Positions 1-9,136 of a stretch of 64,000 nucleotides of DNA are shown here, one piece after another. Below the pieces are notes generated by a model. It was not told the origin of the DNA. It did not search any database and saw only the letters and a program-made list of their open reading frames with translations. How positions within the stretch are numbered: position 1 is the first letter of the stretch; every line of letters starts with the position of its first letter. A program made the position numbers and the translations under genes. The DNA lies in contig CAZEFT010000002.1 in assembly GCA_964511495.1 (NCBI GenBank), forward strand, positions 67,112-131,111, in the 5' to 3' direction. The DNA is from an uncultured Algimonas sp. GTDB taxonomy: Bacteria; Pseudomonadota; Alphaproteobacteria; Caulobacterales; Maricaulaceae.

Positions 1-1105
1 CAATCATCGCGAATTGATATCGGGAGCGTTATCGACAGGGGGGCGCTATAAGTTATCGCCGGAACTCTCGTCCCTTTATTATGGTGATTTGGCTGTCGAC
101 CAGCAGGTGCAAGACTATGTCGCTTTGTGCCGCGACCTGATGGCGCTTTATCAATCTGCCGGATTAGAAGGCGTCAAGCAGGATGATGTTCATAATAAAA
201 TCGTCACGATTGCCAGAAACGGGTTTTTGGATAATTTGAATACGGCTGTTTTTCAATATGAAAAAGAGGCTAAGGCTAAAGTCGATTTTGTGAGTGTGAG
301 CGCCAAGGTACTTTTGGCTCTGGGCCTTTGTCTTCTTCTACTGGAAGCGTTTTTGATTTTCAGGCCGATTGTCAGGCGGGTCAGTGATAATGTGGACGCT
401 CTGGAAGTCTCTAATGCAGAATTGACGGAATTTTCTTATCGTATCTCCCATGATCTGCGCGCGCCTATCGTCTCTTCATTGGGTCTGGTAAAGGTGGCCA
501 AGAGCAGTGTTGAGGCAGAGAAAACAAACATCGCGCTCAGTGCGCTCGACCATATTCAAACCTCGATGAGCCGATTAGAATTCTTAATCGACGATATTAT
601 CAATCTCACAAAAATGAAGCTGACCAAGGTTGAAGCTGAGGCCGTCGATCTTGGAAAGGTTATCAAGAGCGCTGTTGAGACTATTTCGCATATGGACGAT
701 TTTGAACGGCTCACTGTCTCTGTTGAGAATGATGTGAGTGGTAGAATTTTGACCAAGCGACTTTATTTGGAGCAAAGCCTTCAAAACCTTCTCTCTAATG
801 CGGTAAAATACTATGACAAAACCGTGGCGGAACCATCCGTCACAATCCAAGCCTCTTTGGCTGGTGGGGACTGCGTTATCACCGTTGCGGATAATGGGAT
901 TGGTTTCCCCGAAGACTTCAGAGATGAGATATTCGGGATGTTCAAACGTTTTCATCCCAAAGCCTCTTTCGGCAGTGGTTTGGGATTATATCTGGTCGCG
1001 CAAAATCTTAACAGTTTAGATGGAACTGCGGTTTATAATCCCCTTTCGAAAGGCTCGCAATTTACTTTGCGCTTCCCCGTCACGCGTGTTCAGGACACAT
1101 CATAA
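1..1105 (+). CDS. Sensor histidine kinase (5'-partial, runs off left edge)
   Basis: The frame is open back to nt 2. H-box FSYRISHDLRAPI (HisKA). ATPase boxes LLSNAVKY, DNGIGF, GSGLGLYLV. One hydrophobic segment, AKVLLALGLCLLLLEAFLIF. Confidence 0.85.
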   Translation, partial: NHRELISGALSTGGRYKLSPELSSLYYGDLAVDQQVQDYVALCRDLMALYQSAGLEGVKQDDVHNKIVTIARNGFLDNLNTAVFQYEKEAKAKVDFVSVSAKVLLALGLCLLLLEAFLIFRPIVRRVSDNVDALEVSNAELTEFSYRISHDLRAPIVSSLGLVKVAKSSVEAEKTNIALSALDHIQTSMSRLEFLIDDIINLTKMKLTKVEAEAVDLGKVIKSAVETISHMDDFERLTVSVENDVSGRILTKRLYLEQSLQNLLSNAVKYYDKTVAEPSVTIQASLAGGDCVITVADNGIGFPEDFRDEIFGMFKRFHPKASFGSGLGLYLVAQNLNSLDGTAVYNPLSKGSQFTLRFPVTRVQDTS

Positions 1106-1485
1106 TGAAACGAATTTTGTTGATTGAAGATAATGAGGCTGACCAGTTTTTAGGCCAACATGTCATTCAAGCAACACGACCCGGACTAGAAGTCCAAATT
1201 GCTTCTGATGGGGTAGAGGCGCTTGAAATTTTATCCAAGATGGAAAGTGAGCCTGATGTCATCCTCTTGGACATTAATATGCCGCGCATGGACGGCCATG
1301 AATTTTTGAAAGTTTTCACTAATGATAATGATCGGGAAATTCCGGTTGTGGTCATGCTCACATCCTCTGATCAGACATTGGATAAAGATCGCAGCATGGC
1401 TTATAAATGTGTCAAAGACTATTTGCTCAAGCCTGTCAGCGAAGAGGATATTGTGGCCTTGGAAGCGCTTGTTACCAGTGTTTAA
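1105..1485 (+). CDS. Stand-alone CheY-like response regulator receiver domain
   Basis: 126 aa, receiver domain only. Acidic pocket IEDNEAD, phospho-acceptor context ILLDINMPRMDG, then MLTSS and LLKP. Start overlaps the kinase stop by 1 nt (TAATG). Confidence 0.85.
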   Translation: MKRILLIEDNEADQFLGQHVIQATRPGLEVQIASDGVEALEILSKMESEPDVILLDINMPRMDGHEFLKVFTNDNDREIPVVVMLTSSDQTLDKDRSMAYKCVKDYLLKPVSEEDIVALEALVTSV

Positions 1486-1637
1486 AATGACATTGCTGAG
1501 GATGTCTTGCCGTATTTTGAACGGCGTTTAGGCACTCTTCAAATCGCTTTTCAAGTTTTCAGTTTTTGCAGATGCGGCCAATCTTAATGTTTCGTCAACT
1601 CTTTCTTAACTCTTTGTTATTGTGTGTTAATTTATGG

Positions 1638-1658
1638 TTACCCACAGAGCTATCCACA
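1638..1658 (+). promoter_or_regulatory. Two direct DnaA-box-like 9-mers (TTACCCACA, CTATCCACA) upstream of mraZ
   Basis: Each matches TTATCCACA at 8 of 9 positions. They are 12 nt apart start to start. The second overlaps the palindrome CCACAGTGTGG (1654-1664). Confidence 0.3.
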
Positions 1659-1707
1659 GTGTGGAAAACGCGAAATATGGCTAATAATTCCCTAAATTGG
1701 CATTGTT

Positions 1708-1732
1708 TCCCATGAAATCCCATGGTATCCCA
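1708..1732 (-). promoter_or_regulatory. Three TGGGA direct repeats at exact 10-bp spacing (MraZ-box-like operator)
   Basis: TCCCA at 1708, 1718 and 1728 on the + strand (TGGGA on the - strand), 39-63 nt upstream of the mraZ ATG. This resembles the TGGGN-N5 triple repeat bound by E. coli MraZ. Confidence 0.4.
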
Positions 1733-1770
1733 AAATCGAGCGTATCGGGCGTTCATCTGAGGGAATATCA

Positions 1771-2235
1771 ATGTTTTTGTCGAGCGTGACAAATAAGGTG
1801 GATGCGAAAGGTAGGGTTTCCGTGCCGGCTGATTTCCGTGCTGTCGTCGCCGGTAGCGGTTTCGACGGCATTGTCGTTTGGCCAAGCTTTGACGGTCAAT
1901 ATCTCGAAGGTGGCGGTATGGCGTTGATGGAGGAATATCAGCGTTCATTAGACAGTCTCGATTATTATGACGAAGGCCGTATCGCGATGCAGCGTGCTAT
2001 TTTCGCGGCCAGCCGCCCTTTGCAATTCGATACGGGCGGACGGATTTCTTTACCGAAAGACCTACACGATTATGCCGGCTTGAATGGGCATGTGACCTTT
2101 GTCGGCCTTGGGCGGCGTTTTGAGATTTGGTCACCCGCAGCTCACGAAGAAAAAGCCGAGCAGATGCGCAAATTGGCAAGAGAGCATCGTCACCGTCTGC
2201 GGCCTGCCGCAAAAGAGCCGGGGAATGCGTCATGA
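1771..2235 (+). CDS. mraZ: Transcriptional regulator MraZ
   Basis: N-terminus MFLSSVTNKVDAKGRVSVPADFR and a second repeat FDTGGRISLPKDL (duplicated SpoVT/AbrB-like MraZ motifs). First gene of the dcw cluster. Confidence 0.95.
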   Translation: MFLSSVTNKVDAKGRVSVPADFRAVVAGSGFDGIVVWPSFDGQYLEGGGMALMEEYQRSLDSLDYYDEGRIAMQRAIFAASRPLQFDTGGRISLPKDLHDYAGLNGHVTFVGLGRRFEIWSPAAHEEKAEQMRKLAREHRHRLRPAAKEPGNAS

Positions 2236-3212
2236 AGCATTACCCCGTTATGTTACCCGAGGTTCTCGACGCTTTGAATGTCAAAGCGGGCGAAACCTAT
2301 ATTGACGGTACATTCGGTAATGGTGGTTATAGCGAAGCTTTCCTGAAAGCAGGAGAGTGTCAGGTTATCGGTTTGGATAGAGACCCGAATGTGACGCCCC
2401 GTGCTGACGCCTTATCCGCACTTTACAATGGCCGCTTCCGGTTGATCGAAACTGCCTTTTCACGTTTGGATGAATTAGGGCTCGATCCGGTCGAGGCAAT
2501 CATTCTGGATATCGGTGTTTCATCTATGCAGTTGGATGAGGGAGAGCGCGGATTTTCCTTCATGCGCGACGGACCTTTGGATATGCGCATGAGCCAATCA
2601 GGCCCGAGCGCAGCCGATGCAGTACAATATCTGTCTCAATCAGAATTAGAGCAAATTTTTCGGGTTTATGGCGAAGAAGCCCGAGCGCGCTATGCGGCAA
2701 AAATGATTGTTCAGGCGAGGGAAGAAAATCACTTAACACAAACCGCGCAATTGGCGGAGCTCTTAGAAAAGGCTTTGGGCCGCCGGGGTAAAACCCATCC
2801 GGCCACGAAAGTCTTTCAAGCGCTCCGCATCTATATAAATGATGAATTGGGCGAGCTTTACCGCGCGTTAATGGCGTCTGAGCACCAATTAGCTGTCGGT
2901 GGGCGATTGATCATTGTAACATTTCACTCTTTGGAAGACCGGATTGTGAAATCTTTCTTCCGCGACAGGGCAGGTGAGGTCGAAGGCGGTTCGCGCTATG
3001 CCCCTGCCATTGAGAGGGCAGGGCCTGAGCCCAGTTTCTCACTGCCCAAGCGCTCCGTGACAAAGCCATCAAAAAAAGAAATTTCTGAAAATCCGCGTTC
3101 ACGTTCTGCGAAAATGCGAGTCGCTATTCGCACGCAAGCCCCCGCATGGTCGGGCGGTTATGAACCGGCCTTCCGCGTGCCTAGCCTCATGGATTTGGAG
3201 GCGCGATTATGA
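2232..3212 (+). CDS. rsmH: 16S rRNA (cytosine1402-N4)-methyltransferase RsmH/MraW
   Basis: MKHYPVMLPEVLDAL, DGTFGNGGYS (SAM motif), LDIGVSSMQLD, SLEDRIVK. The ATG at 2232 forms an ATGA overlap with the mraZ stop. The longer ORF from 2127 is rejected. Confidence 0.95.
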   Translation: MKHYPVMLPEVLDALNVKAGETYIDGTFGNGGYSEAFLKAGECQVIGLDRDPNVTPRADALSALYNGRFRLIETAFSRLDELGLDPVEAIILDIGVSSMQLDEGERGFSFMRDGPLDMRMSQSGPSAADAVQYLSQSELEQIFRVYGEEARARYAAKMIVQAREENHLTQTAQLAELLEKALGRRGKTHPATKVFQALRIYINDELGELYRALMASEHQLAVGGRLIIVTFHSLEDRIVKSFFRDRAGEVEGGSRYAPAIERAGPEPSFSLPKRSVTKPSKKEISENPRSRSAKMRVAIRTQAPAWSGGYEPAFRVPSLMDLEARL

Positions 3213-3562
3213 GCCGTTACGCCCATGACCCTTCCGCCTCCAAACACCTTACGGGTTTTATCCTCTTCGTCATCGGAGTCGCTCTGACTGTGGGCTTGTT
3301 TTACGTCAAGACGCGGGCGCAAAGTGCTCAACAGCATGTCGAAATGATCGAAAATTCGATAGAAAAAGAAAAGGCGGCCATTGCTGTCTTGAGGGCCGAA
3401 ATTGCCTATCGCCAAAGCCCTGAACGCTTGGCGGCGCTTTCAAGGCAGCAATTAGGTCTGGGGCCCATCAAAACCGAGGCGACGGTAAAGTCGGAGGACA
3501 TTCCGAAGCTCATTCCTTTGCGAGATAAGCCTGCCAGTGAGGGAGGTGTGCGCGATGAGTAG
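3209..3562 (+). CDS. ftsL: Cell division protein FtsL (alphaproteobacterial type)
   Basis: 117 aa with a single TM (LTGFILFVIGVALTVGLFYV) followed by a helical segment. Sits between rsmH and ftsI. ATGA overlap with the rsmH stop. Confidence 0.7.
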   Translation: MSRYAHDPSASKHLTGFILFVIGVALTVGLFYVKTRAQSAQQHVEMIENSIEKEKAAIAVLRAEIAYRQSPERLAALSRQQLGLGPIKTEATVKSEDIPKLIPLRDKPASEGGVRDE

Positions 3563-5237
3563 TTATTCATCTCTCCAGCGTCACACCATGGAAGTGGAGG
3601 ACGACGAATTTATCGCCGTCTCCGAAGGGCGTATCCGTATTCGTATCGGCTTGGTGGCTTATCTTCTTGTTCTATGTCTTGTAATTGTGCGCTTGGCCGA
3701 GATTTCTTTATTCGCGCCGGAATATCGTTCGGAAAACACGCCTGAAACAGTGACGGCCTTCCGCGCTGATATTGTCGATCGACAAGGGGAGTTGTTGGCG
3801 ACGACTTTAAAAACTTATTCGCTGTTTGCGGAACCCAAGCGAGTTTGGAACCCGGAAGAAACGGCTATTCGTCTCAGCAATATTCGTCCTCATTTGGATA
3901 TTGATGAGTTGCAGGACAAACTCAGCCGTGATGATTTGCACTTTGTCTGGTTGGAGCGCGGCTTGACGCCTGCCGAAAAGCAATCTGTGTTTGAGTTGGG
4001 TTTGCCTGGCTTGAAGTTTAAAATGGAATCCAAACGGGTCTATCCCCGCCGGGAATTAGGTGCGCATTTTGTTGGTTTTACCAATGTGGATTTGGAAGGC
4101 TCAGGTGGTGTCGAACGCGCCTTGAATGACCGATTAAAACAAGAGGGAGCCCCACCCGTCGCCTTGTCTTTGGATATGCGCGTGCAATATGCTGTCACGG
4201 AAGTTTTGGATGCGAGTATCCAGCATTTCGATGCTTTATCAGGTGCCGCCACCGTTCTCGATATGAAAACCGGAGAGATTATTTCTCTAGTGTCCTTACC
4301 GTCTTTTGATCCGAATGTACCTGGCACAATCACGCCCGAAACCGGCTATAATCATGCCTCAATGTCCACTTATGATTTGGGCTCCGTCTTCAAACCTCTG
4401 ACCATGGCTATGGCATTAGAAGACGGCGTCGTTAATCATGAGGAGTTGTTTCAAGTGCAAAAGCCCTATCGTGTTTTGGATAAATGGATCCGCGATGACC
4501 ATCCATCCGCGGTGCCGTTAAATATTCGCGGTGTATTAGCGGAAAGCTCTAATCGCGGGACTGCGATGATTGCCCAACGTATCGGGAAAGAAAGACAGCA
4601 ATATCATCTGCGAAATCTCGGTTTAATGGATCGTGTGCCGATGGAGTTGGCAGAAAGTGCCAAGCCACAAATTCAAGAGTTTTGGGGCGAAATGGCCACT
4701 GTGACAGTATCTTACGGCCATGGCATCTCTGTCACGCCGTTGGCTCTGGCGGTGGCCACCGGAGCGATGCTGAATGATGGGATTTATGTTCGCCCGACAG
4801 TATTAAAGCGAAGTGCCGCCAATGAGGAACTCACTCATCGTGTGTTTTCAGAAAAGGTCTCTGATGATTTGCGCCATATGATGCGCGCCGTTGTGACAGA
4901 AGGCACAGGCGGAAAAGCTGATGTGCCGGGCTATGGCGTGATGGGTAAAACAGGTACGGCTGAAAAGCCCGCTTTAGGCGGATATGATCAAAAACGTCTG
5001 GTCACTAGTTTTGTGGCGGCTTTCCCACATTCTGACCCGCGTTATGTGCTGACGGTCACCTTTGATGAACCTAAGGGCCTGCCTGAAACTTATGGCTATG
5101 CGACAGCGGGCTGGAATGCGGCGCCGACAGCCGGTGAAATTATTGATCGTATTGGCCCCATGCTCCCTTATGCACGAGATATTCCCAAGGCCGCCTCTTT
5201 AAATGTGGACTCCATGGCAGAAGGTGTGACGCCATGA
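3555..5237 (+). CDS. ftsI: Peptidoglycan D,D-transpeptidase FtsI (PBP3)
   Basis: N-terminal TM, PBP dimer region and transpeptidase motifs STYDLGSVFK (SxxK), SSN and KTGTA. Start taken at ATG 3555. Confidence 0.9.
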   Translation: MSSYSSLQRHTMEVEDDEFIAVSEGRIRIRIGLVAYLLVLCLVIVRLAEISLFAPEYRSENTPETVTAFRADIVDRQGELLATTLKTYSLFAEPKRVWNPEETAIRLSNIRPHLDIDELQDKLSRDDLHFVWLERGLTPAEKQSVFELGLPGLKFKMESKRVYPRRELGAHFVGFTNVDLEGSGGVERALNDRLKQEGAPPVALSLDMRVQYAVTEVLDASIQHFDALSGAATVLDMKTGEIISLVSLPSFDPNVPGTITPETGYNHASMSTYDLGSVFKPLTMAMALEDGVVNHEELFQVQKPYRVLDKWIRDDHPSAVPLNIRGVLAESSNRGTAMIAQRIGKERQQYHLRNLGLMDRVPMELAESAKPQIQEFWGEMATVTVSYGHGISVTPLALAVATGAMLNDGIYVRPTVLKRSAANEELTHRVFSEKVSDDLRHMMRAVVTEGTGGKADVPGYGVMGKTGTAEKPALGGYDQKRLVTSFVAAFPHSDPRYVLTVTFDEPKGLPETYGYATAGWNAAPTAGEIIDRIGPMLPYARDIPKAASLNVDSMAEGVTP

Positions 5238-6673
5238 GTGAGGTTTATTCATCAAATAAAGATAAGGCTCTGATCACATCTCTTCAGGCGACAGGGCTGA
5301 CATGTGACAGTCGGGCGGTGCAGCCGGGTATGATTTTCGCAGCTTTGCCCGGAACGGTGGCTGATGGTCGGGATTATATCCCTCAGGCAATTGAGAAGGG
5401 GGCCGTCGCCATTCTGTCGCTACCGGACACCGAGACAGGCGGCACAGCTTTAATTGCCGACGAAAACCCGCGTTTGCGTTATGCGCATTTGGCTCGTTCA
5501 TTCTATCCGAAACAGCCGGAAACACTGGTCGCGATGACCGGGACGAATGGCAAAAGTTCGACTGTCGAATTCTTGCGCCAGATTTGGGCGTCAGCGGGTT
5601 ATAAGGCTGCCTGTTTTGGTACTTTGGGAGTGATGTCTGATAAGGGCTACGCGCCAATGAGCCATACGACGCCCGATGCTGTTGCCCTTCATAAGACATT
5701 GCATGAACTTGCAGAGCAGGGCGTCACCCATGTGGCCATGGAAGCTTCCTCCCACGGATTAGTGCAATATCGTTTGGATGCGGTGGATGTGACAGCTTCG
5801 GGCTTTTCAAATCTCACCCAAGACCATTTTGATTATCACACAGATGAAAAAGATTATTTTGAAGCCAAAGCCCGTCTCTTTACGGAATTGACGCCTGAAA
5901 ATGCGCCTGTTGTCTTAACGGTTGATGGTGAACATGGACGGGAATTGGTTAAACGCGCAAAGACGCGTGGACAGCCCGTCACACAGATTGGATGGGCCGG
6001 AGAAGATATTCGTATTGCGGAATTAATGCCGCATGCGGCTTCGCAGGATATGACTTTGGTTCTTGAGGGCAAACGACATAAAGTGAACCTCCCTCTCGCG
6101 GGAGAGTTTCAATCGCTAAATGCGGTTGCAGCCTTGGCTTTGGCGATGCAAACGGGCGTCAGTTTAGAGGCCGGATTAGAAGGGCTCGAAAGCCTGAGCG
6201 GCGTTGCAGGGCGTCTAGAACGCGCCGGGCAGACCTCAAAGGGTGCGCCTGTCTTTGTTGACTTTGCCCATACTGAAGACGGGCTCGAAAAACTTCTCCG
6301 ATCTGTTCGTCCGCATACGCGTGGCGATATTGTTATTGTCTTTGGCTGTGGTGGTGATCGCGACCCCGATAAGCGACCTAAAATGGGGGCAGTCGCTGCC
6401 AAGCTCGCTGACCATGTTATAGTTACGGATGATAATCCACGCACCGAAAACGCCAGTGACATTCGCAAGGCTGTCATGCTGGGATGTCCTGAAGCGCAAA
6501 ATATTGGCGATCGTGCGCAAGCTATCCGCACGGGCATCAATAAGCTCGGTGCCGATGATTGTTTGGTTATTGCCGGTAAAGGCCACGAGCAAGGACAAAT
6601 TGTTGGAACAAAAGTCATTCCATTTTCAGATGTTGATGTCGCTCGTAAAATTCTGATCGAGGCGGCATCATGA
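5234..6673 (+). CDS. murE: UDP-N-acetylmuramoyl-L-alanyl-D-glutamate--2,6-diaminopimelate ligase
   Basis: P-loop MTGTNGKSS, DNPR motif (VTDDNPRTE), Mur ligase central and C-terminal domains. ATGA overlap with ftsI. Confidence 0.95.
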   Translation: MSEVYSSNKDKALITSLQATGLTCDSRAVQPGMIFAALPGTVADGRDYIPQAIEKGAVAILSLPDTETGGTALIADENPRLRYAHLARSFYPKQPETLVAMTGTNGKSSTVEFLRQIWASAGYKAACFGTLGVMSDKGYAPMSHTTPDAVALHKTLHELAEQGVTHVAMEASSHGLVQYRLDAVDVTASGFSNLTQDHFDYHTDEKDYFEAKARLFTELTPENAPVVLTVDGEHGRELVKRAKTRGQPVTQIGWAGEDIRIAELMPHAASQDMTLVLEGKRHKVNLPLAGEFQSLNAVAALALAMQTGVSLEAGLEGLESLSGVAGRLERAGQTSKGAPVFVDFAHTEDGLEKLLRSVRPHTRGDIVIVFGCGGDRDPDKRPKMGAVAAKLADHVIVTDDNPRTENASDIRKAVMLGCPEAQNIGDRAQAIRTGINKLGADDCLVIAGKGHEQGQIVGTKVIPFSDVDVARKILIEAAS

Positions 6674-8034
6674 GCCTCTGGACTTCACAGGATATAGCAA
6701 GCGCGACGGGCGGAAAGGCCAGTGCAGAATTTGCCGTACACAGCCTGTCAATTGATACGCGGTCTTTGCAAAAGGGAGCGCTTTTTGTCCCACTGAAAGA
6801 CGCCCGTGATGGACATGATTTTATTGCCAATGCAATGGAGGCTGGAGCCTCCGGAACGCTGAGCGAACGGGATTTGGACGATGTCCCGCATGTGAAAGTA
6901 GACAGCAGTCTGGTGGCGCTTGAAAATCTGGCTAAGGCCGCAGCAAAACGCTCCTCGGCCCAACGTATTGCTGTGACTGGCAGTGTAGGGAAAACCAGTG
7001 TCAAAGATGCCTTGGCCGTTATGTTTTCCGCATTTGGTGATGTTCATTGGTCGCAGAAATCATTTAATAATCATTGGGGTGTCCCCCTGACATTGGCTTC
7101 TATGCCTAAAGCGTCTGATTTTGGCGTTTTCGAAATGGGGATGAATCACGCCGGCGAAATCTCAGCGCTCTCGCAATTAGTTGCGCCACATATTGGTTTG
7201 ATTACGACGGTTGCCCCCGCGCATTTAGCGCATTTTGAAAATGTTGAAGCGATTGCTGATGCCAAGGGTGAAATCATTCATGGATTGAGTGCGGACGGCA
7301 TTTTGATTTTAAACAGTGATAATGCCTACACGCCGCGTATTCGTGGGCAAGCCGGAGAGCGGCGCGTTCTTACTTTTGGTAAAGAAAAAGCCTCCGACGT
7401 TCATATTGAGGATGTAAAGGCAAGCGGCGACACGACACAAATTTCTCTGAATGTTGAGGGTGAAAACTTCACAATTCGTATCCCGATTGCGGGCGATCAT
7501 TGGGCTTATAATGCGGCCGCTTGTATGGCGGTGGGATTGGCCGCAAGATTGGACCTTCGTAAAGCGGCAAAAGCCTTGGAACTCATCTCGGCCTCACAGG
7601 GGCGTGGTGATATTTCGTCGCTCACCATAGACGGCAAAAAGATTACTTTGGTTGATGAGAGCTATAATGCCAATCCCGCTTCAATGCGCGCGGCGCTGTC
7701 GGCTTTATCGAACAAAGACGGGCGACGTCTCGCCATTTTGGGCGATATGTATGAGCTGGGTGCGGACGAGCTACGCTTACATGCGGAATTGGCAAGCCCG
7801 ATCGAGACGGCGGGTGTATCTCGCGTTATTGTCACGGGTGAATGTATGAGGGCATTACGCGGCGCTCTACCACGGGCTCTTCGCGGTGCTTGGGTGAGTG
7901 ATGCAGATGAGGCTTATCAAGCGCTCTTATCTGAAATAGAGGACGGTGACATTGTCATGGTCAAAGGATCGAATGCCACGGGGCTCGGTCGCTTAACGCG
8001 CCGATTGAAGCAGGAGTTCGCAGATGTTTTATGA
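6670..8034 (+). CDS. murF: UDP-N-acetylmuramoyl-tripeptide--D-alanyl-D-alanine ligase
   Basis: [10 protein letters not shown]-loop, [19 protein letters not shown] overlap with murE. Confidence 0.95.
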   Translation: MSLWTSQDIASATGGKASAEFAVHSLSIDTRSLQKGALFVPLKDARDGHDFIANAMEAGASGTLSERDLDDVPHVKVDSSLVALENLAKAAAKRSSAQRIAVTGSVGKTSVKDALAVMFSAFGDVHWSQKSFNNHWGVPLTLASMPKASDFGVFEMGMNHAGEISALSQLVAPHIGLITTVAPAHLAHFENVEAIADAKGEIIHGLSADGILILNSDNAYTPRIRGQAGERRVLTFGKEKASDVHIEDVKASGDTTQISLNVEGENFTIRIPIAGDHWAYNAAACMAVGLAARLDLRKAAKALELISASQGRGDISSLTIDGKKITLVDESYNANPASMRAALSALSNKDGRRLAILGDMYELGADELRLHAELASPIETAGVSRVIVTGECMRALRGALPRALRGAWVSDADEAYQALLSEIEDGDIVMVKGSNATGLGRLTRRLKQEFADVL

Positions 8035-9118
8035 GTTATTCGGTCCAATGGCCGAAGATTTTCAGCTTTTCAATTTGTTTAATTACATCACCTTCCGAGT
8101 GGGCGGTGCTTTGATGACCTCTCTTTTGATTTTCTTCCTCTTTGGGGAGAAAATGATCAATGCGCTGCGCTCACGCCAAGGCAAAGGACAGCCAATTCGC
8201 GAAGATGGCCCCGAAAGTCATATTATCGCCAAGGCAGGAACACCGACCATGGGTGGTTTGATGATATTGCTGTCTGTCGTGATTTCGACATTGTTGTGGG
8301 GAGATTTGCGCAGCCCATTCCTCTGGACTGTCTTTTTCGTGACGGTTGGTTTTGGGGCTATTGGTTTTTATGATGATTATCTAAAAGTCTCCCGCCAATC
8401 TCATAAAGGATTTTCCGGTAAAATCCGTTTGGCTTTGGAGTTTTTAATTGCGGCCACTGCGGTGTGGTTTTTAACGACAATCTTCACGCCTGAAGGGGAC
8501 TTTGCGACCGGATTGGCGATACCCTTATTAAAGAACTTCACAATAAATCTGGGCCTGTTCTTTATTCCTTTTGGATGTCTAGTGATTGTCGGGTCGGCCA
8601 ATGCGGTGAACTTGACGGATGGTCTGGACGGATTGGCTATCGTTCCGGTCATGATTGCCTGTATGAGTTTGGCCTTTATCGCCTATTTGGTCGGGAATGC
8701 GATTTTCTCGGGTTATCTCGGTGTGCCACATGTGCCCGGCAGTGCGGAAATCACCATTTTCCTTGGCGCGATTATCGGCGCATCTCTCGGCTTCCTTTGG
8801 TATAATGCGCCACCCGCCATGGTGTTTATGGGGGATACAGGTTCATTGGCTCTGGGTGGCGCACTCGGCACGACAGCGGTCGCCATTAAGCATGAAATCG
8901 TTTTGGCCATAATTGGCGGGCTATTTGTTTTGGAGGCGGTCTCGGTCATTGTACAGGTCGCGAGCTTTAAACTCACCGGAAAACGCGTTTTCCGCATGGC
9001 ACCAATCCACCACCATTTCGAGAAAAAAGGCTGGGCAGAGCCCACCATCGTAATCCGGTTCTGGATTATCGCTATTGTGCTTGCCCTTATCGGGCTTTCA
9101 ACGCTGAAGTTACGTTAG
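8024..9118 (+). CDS. mraY: Phospho-N-acetylmuramoyl-pentapeptide transferase
   Basis: Polytopic membrane protein. Motifs [39 protein letters not shown]. Confidence 0.95.
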   Translation: MFYELFGPMAEDFQLFNLFNYITFRVGGALMTSLLIFFLFGEKMINALRSRQGKGQPIREDGPESHIIAKAGTPTMGGLMILLSVVISTLLWGDLRSPFLWTVFFVTVGFGAIGFYDDYLKVSRQSHKGFSGKIRLALEFLIAATAVWFLTTIFTPEGDFATGLAIPLLKNFTINLGLFFIPFGCLVIVGSANAVNLTDGLDGLAIVPVMIACMSLAFIAYLVGNAIFSGYLGVPHVPGSAEITIFLGAIIGASLGFLWYNAPPAMVFMGDTGSLALGGALGTTAVAIKHEIVLAIIGGLFVLEAVSVIVQVASFKLTGKRVFRMAPIHHHFEKKGWAEPTIVIRFWIIAIVLALIGLSTLKLR

Positions 9119-9136
9119 GGGCCGATTGAGAAAACA

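Noticed and set aside
1595-1948. 117-aa minus-strand ORF spanning the mraZ promoter and 5' end
   Set aside because: It overlaps the mraZ start and the regulatory repeats. The product is Arg-rich and low-complexity, so the region is better explained as promoter plus mraZ.
6109-6618. 169-aa and 120-aa antisense ORFs within murE
   Set aside because: They are shadow frames of a strongly supported Mur ligase gene and have no recognisable motifs.
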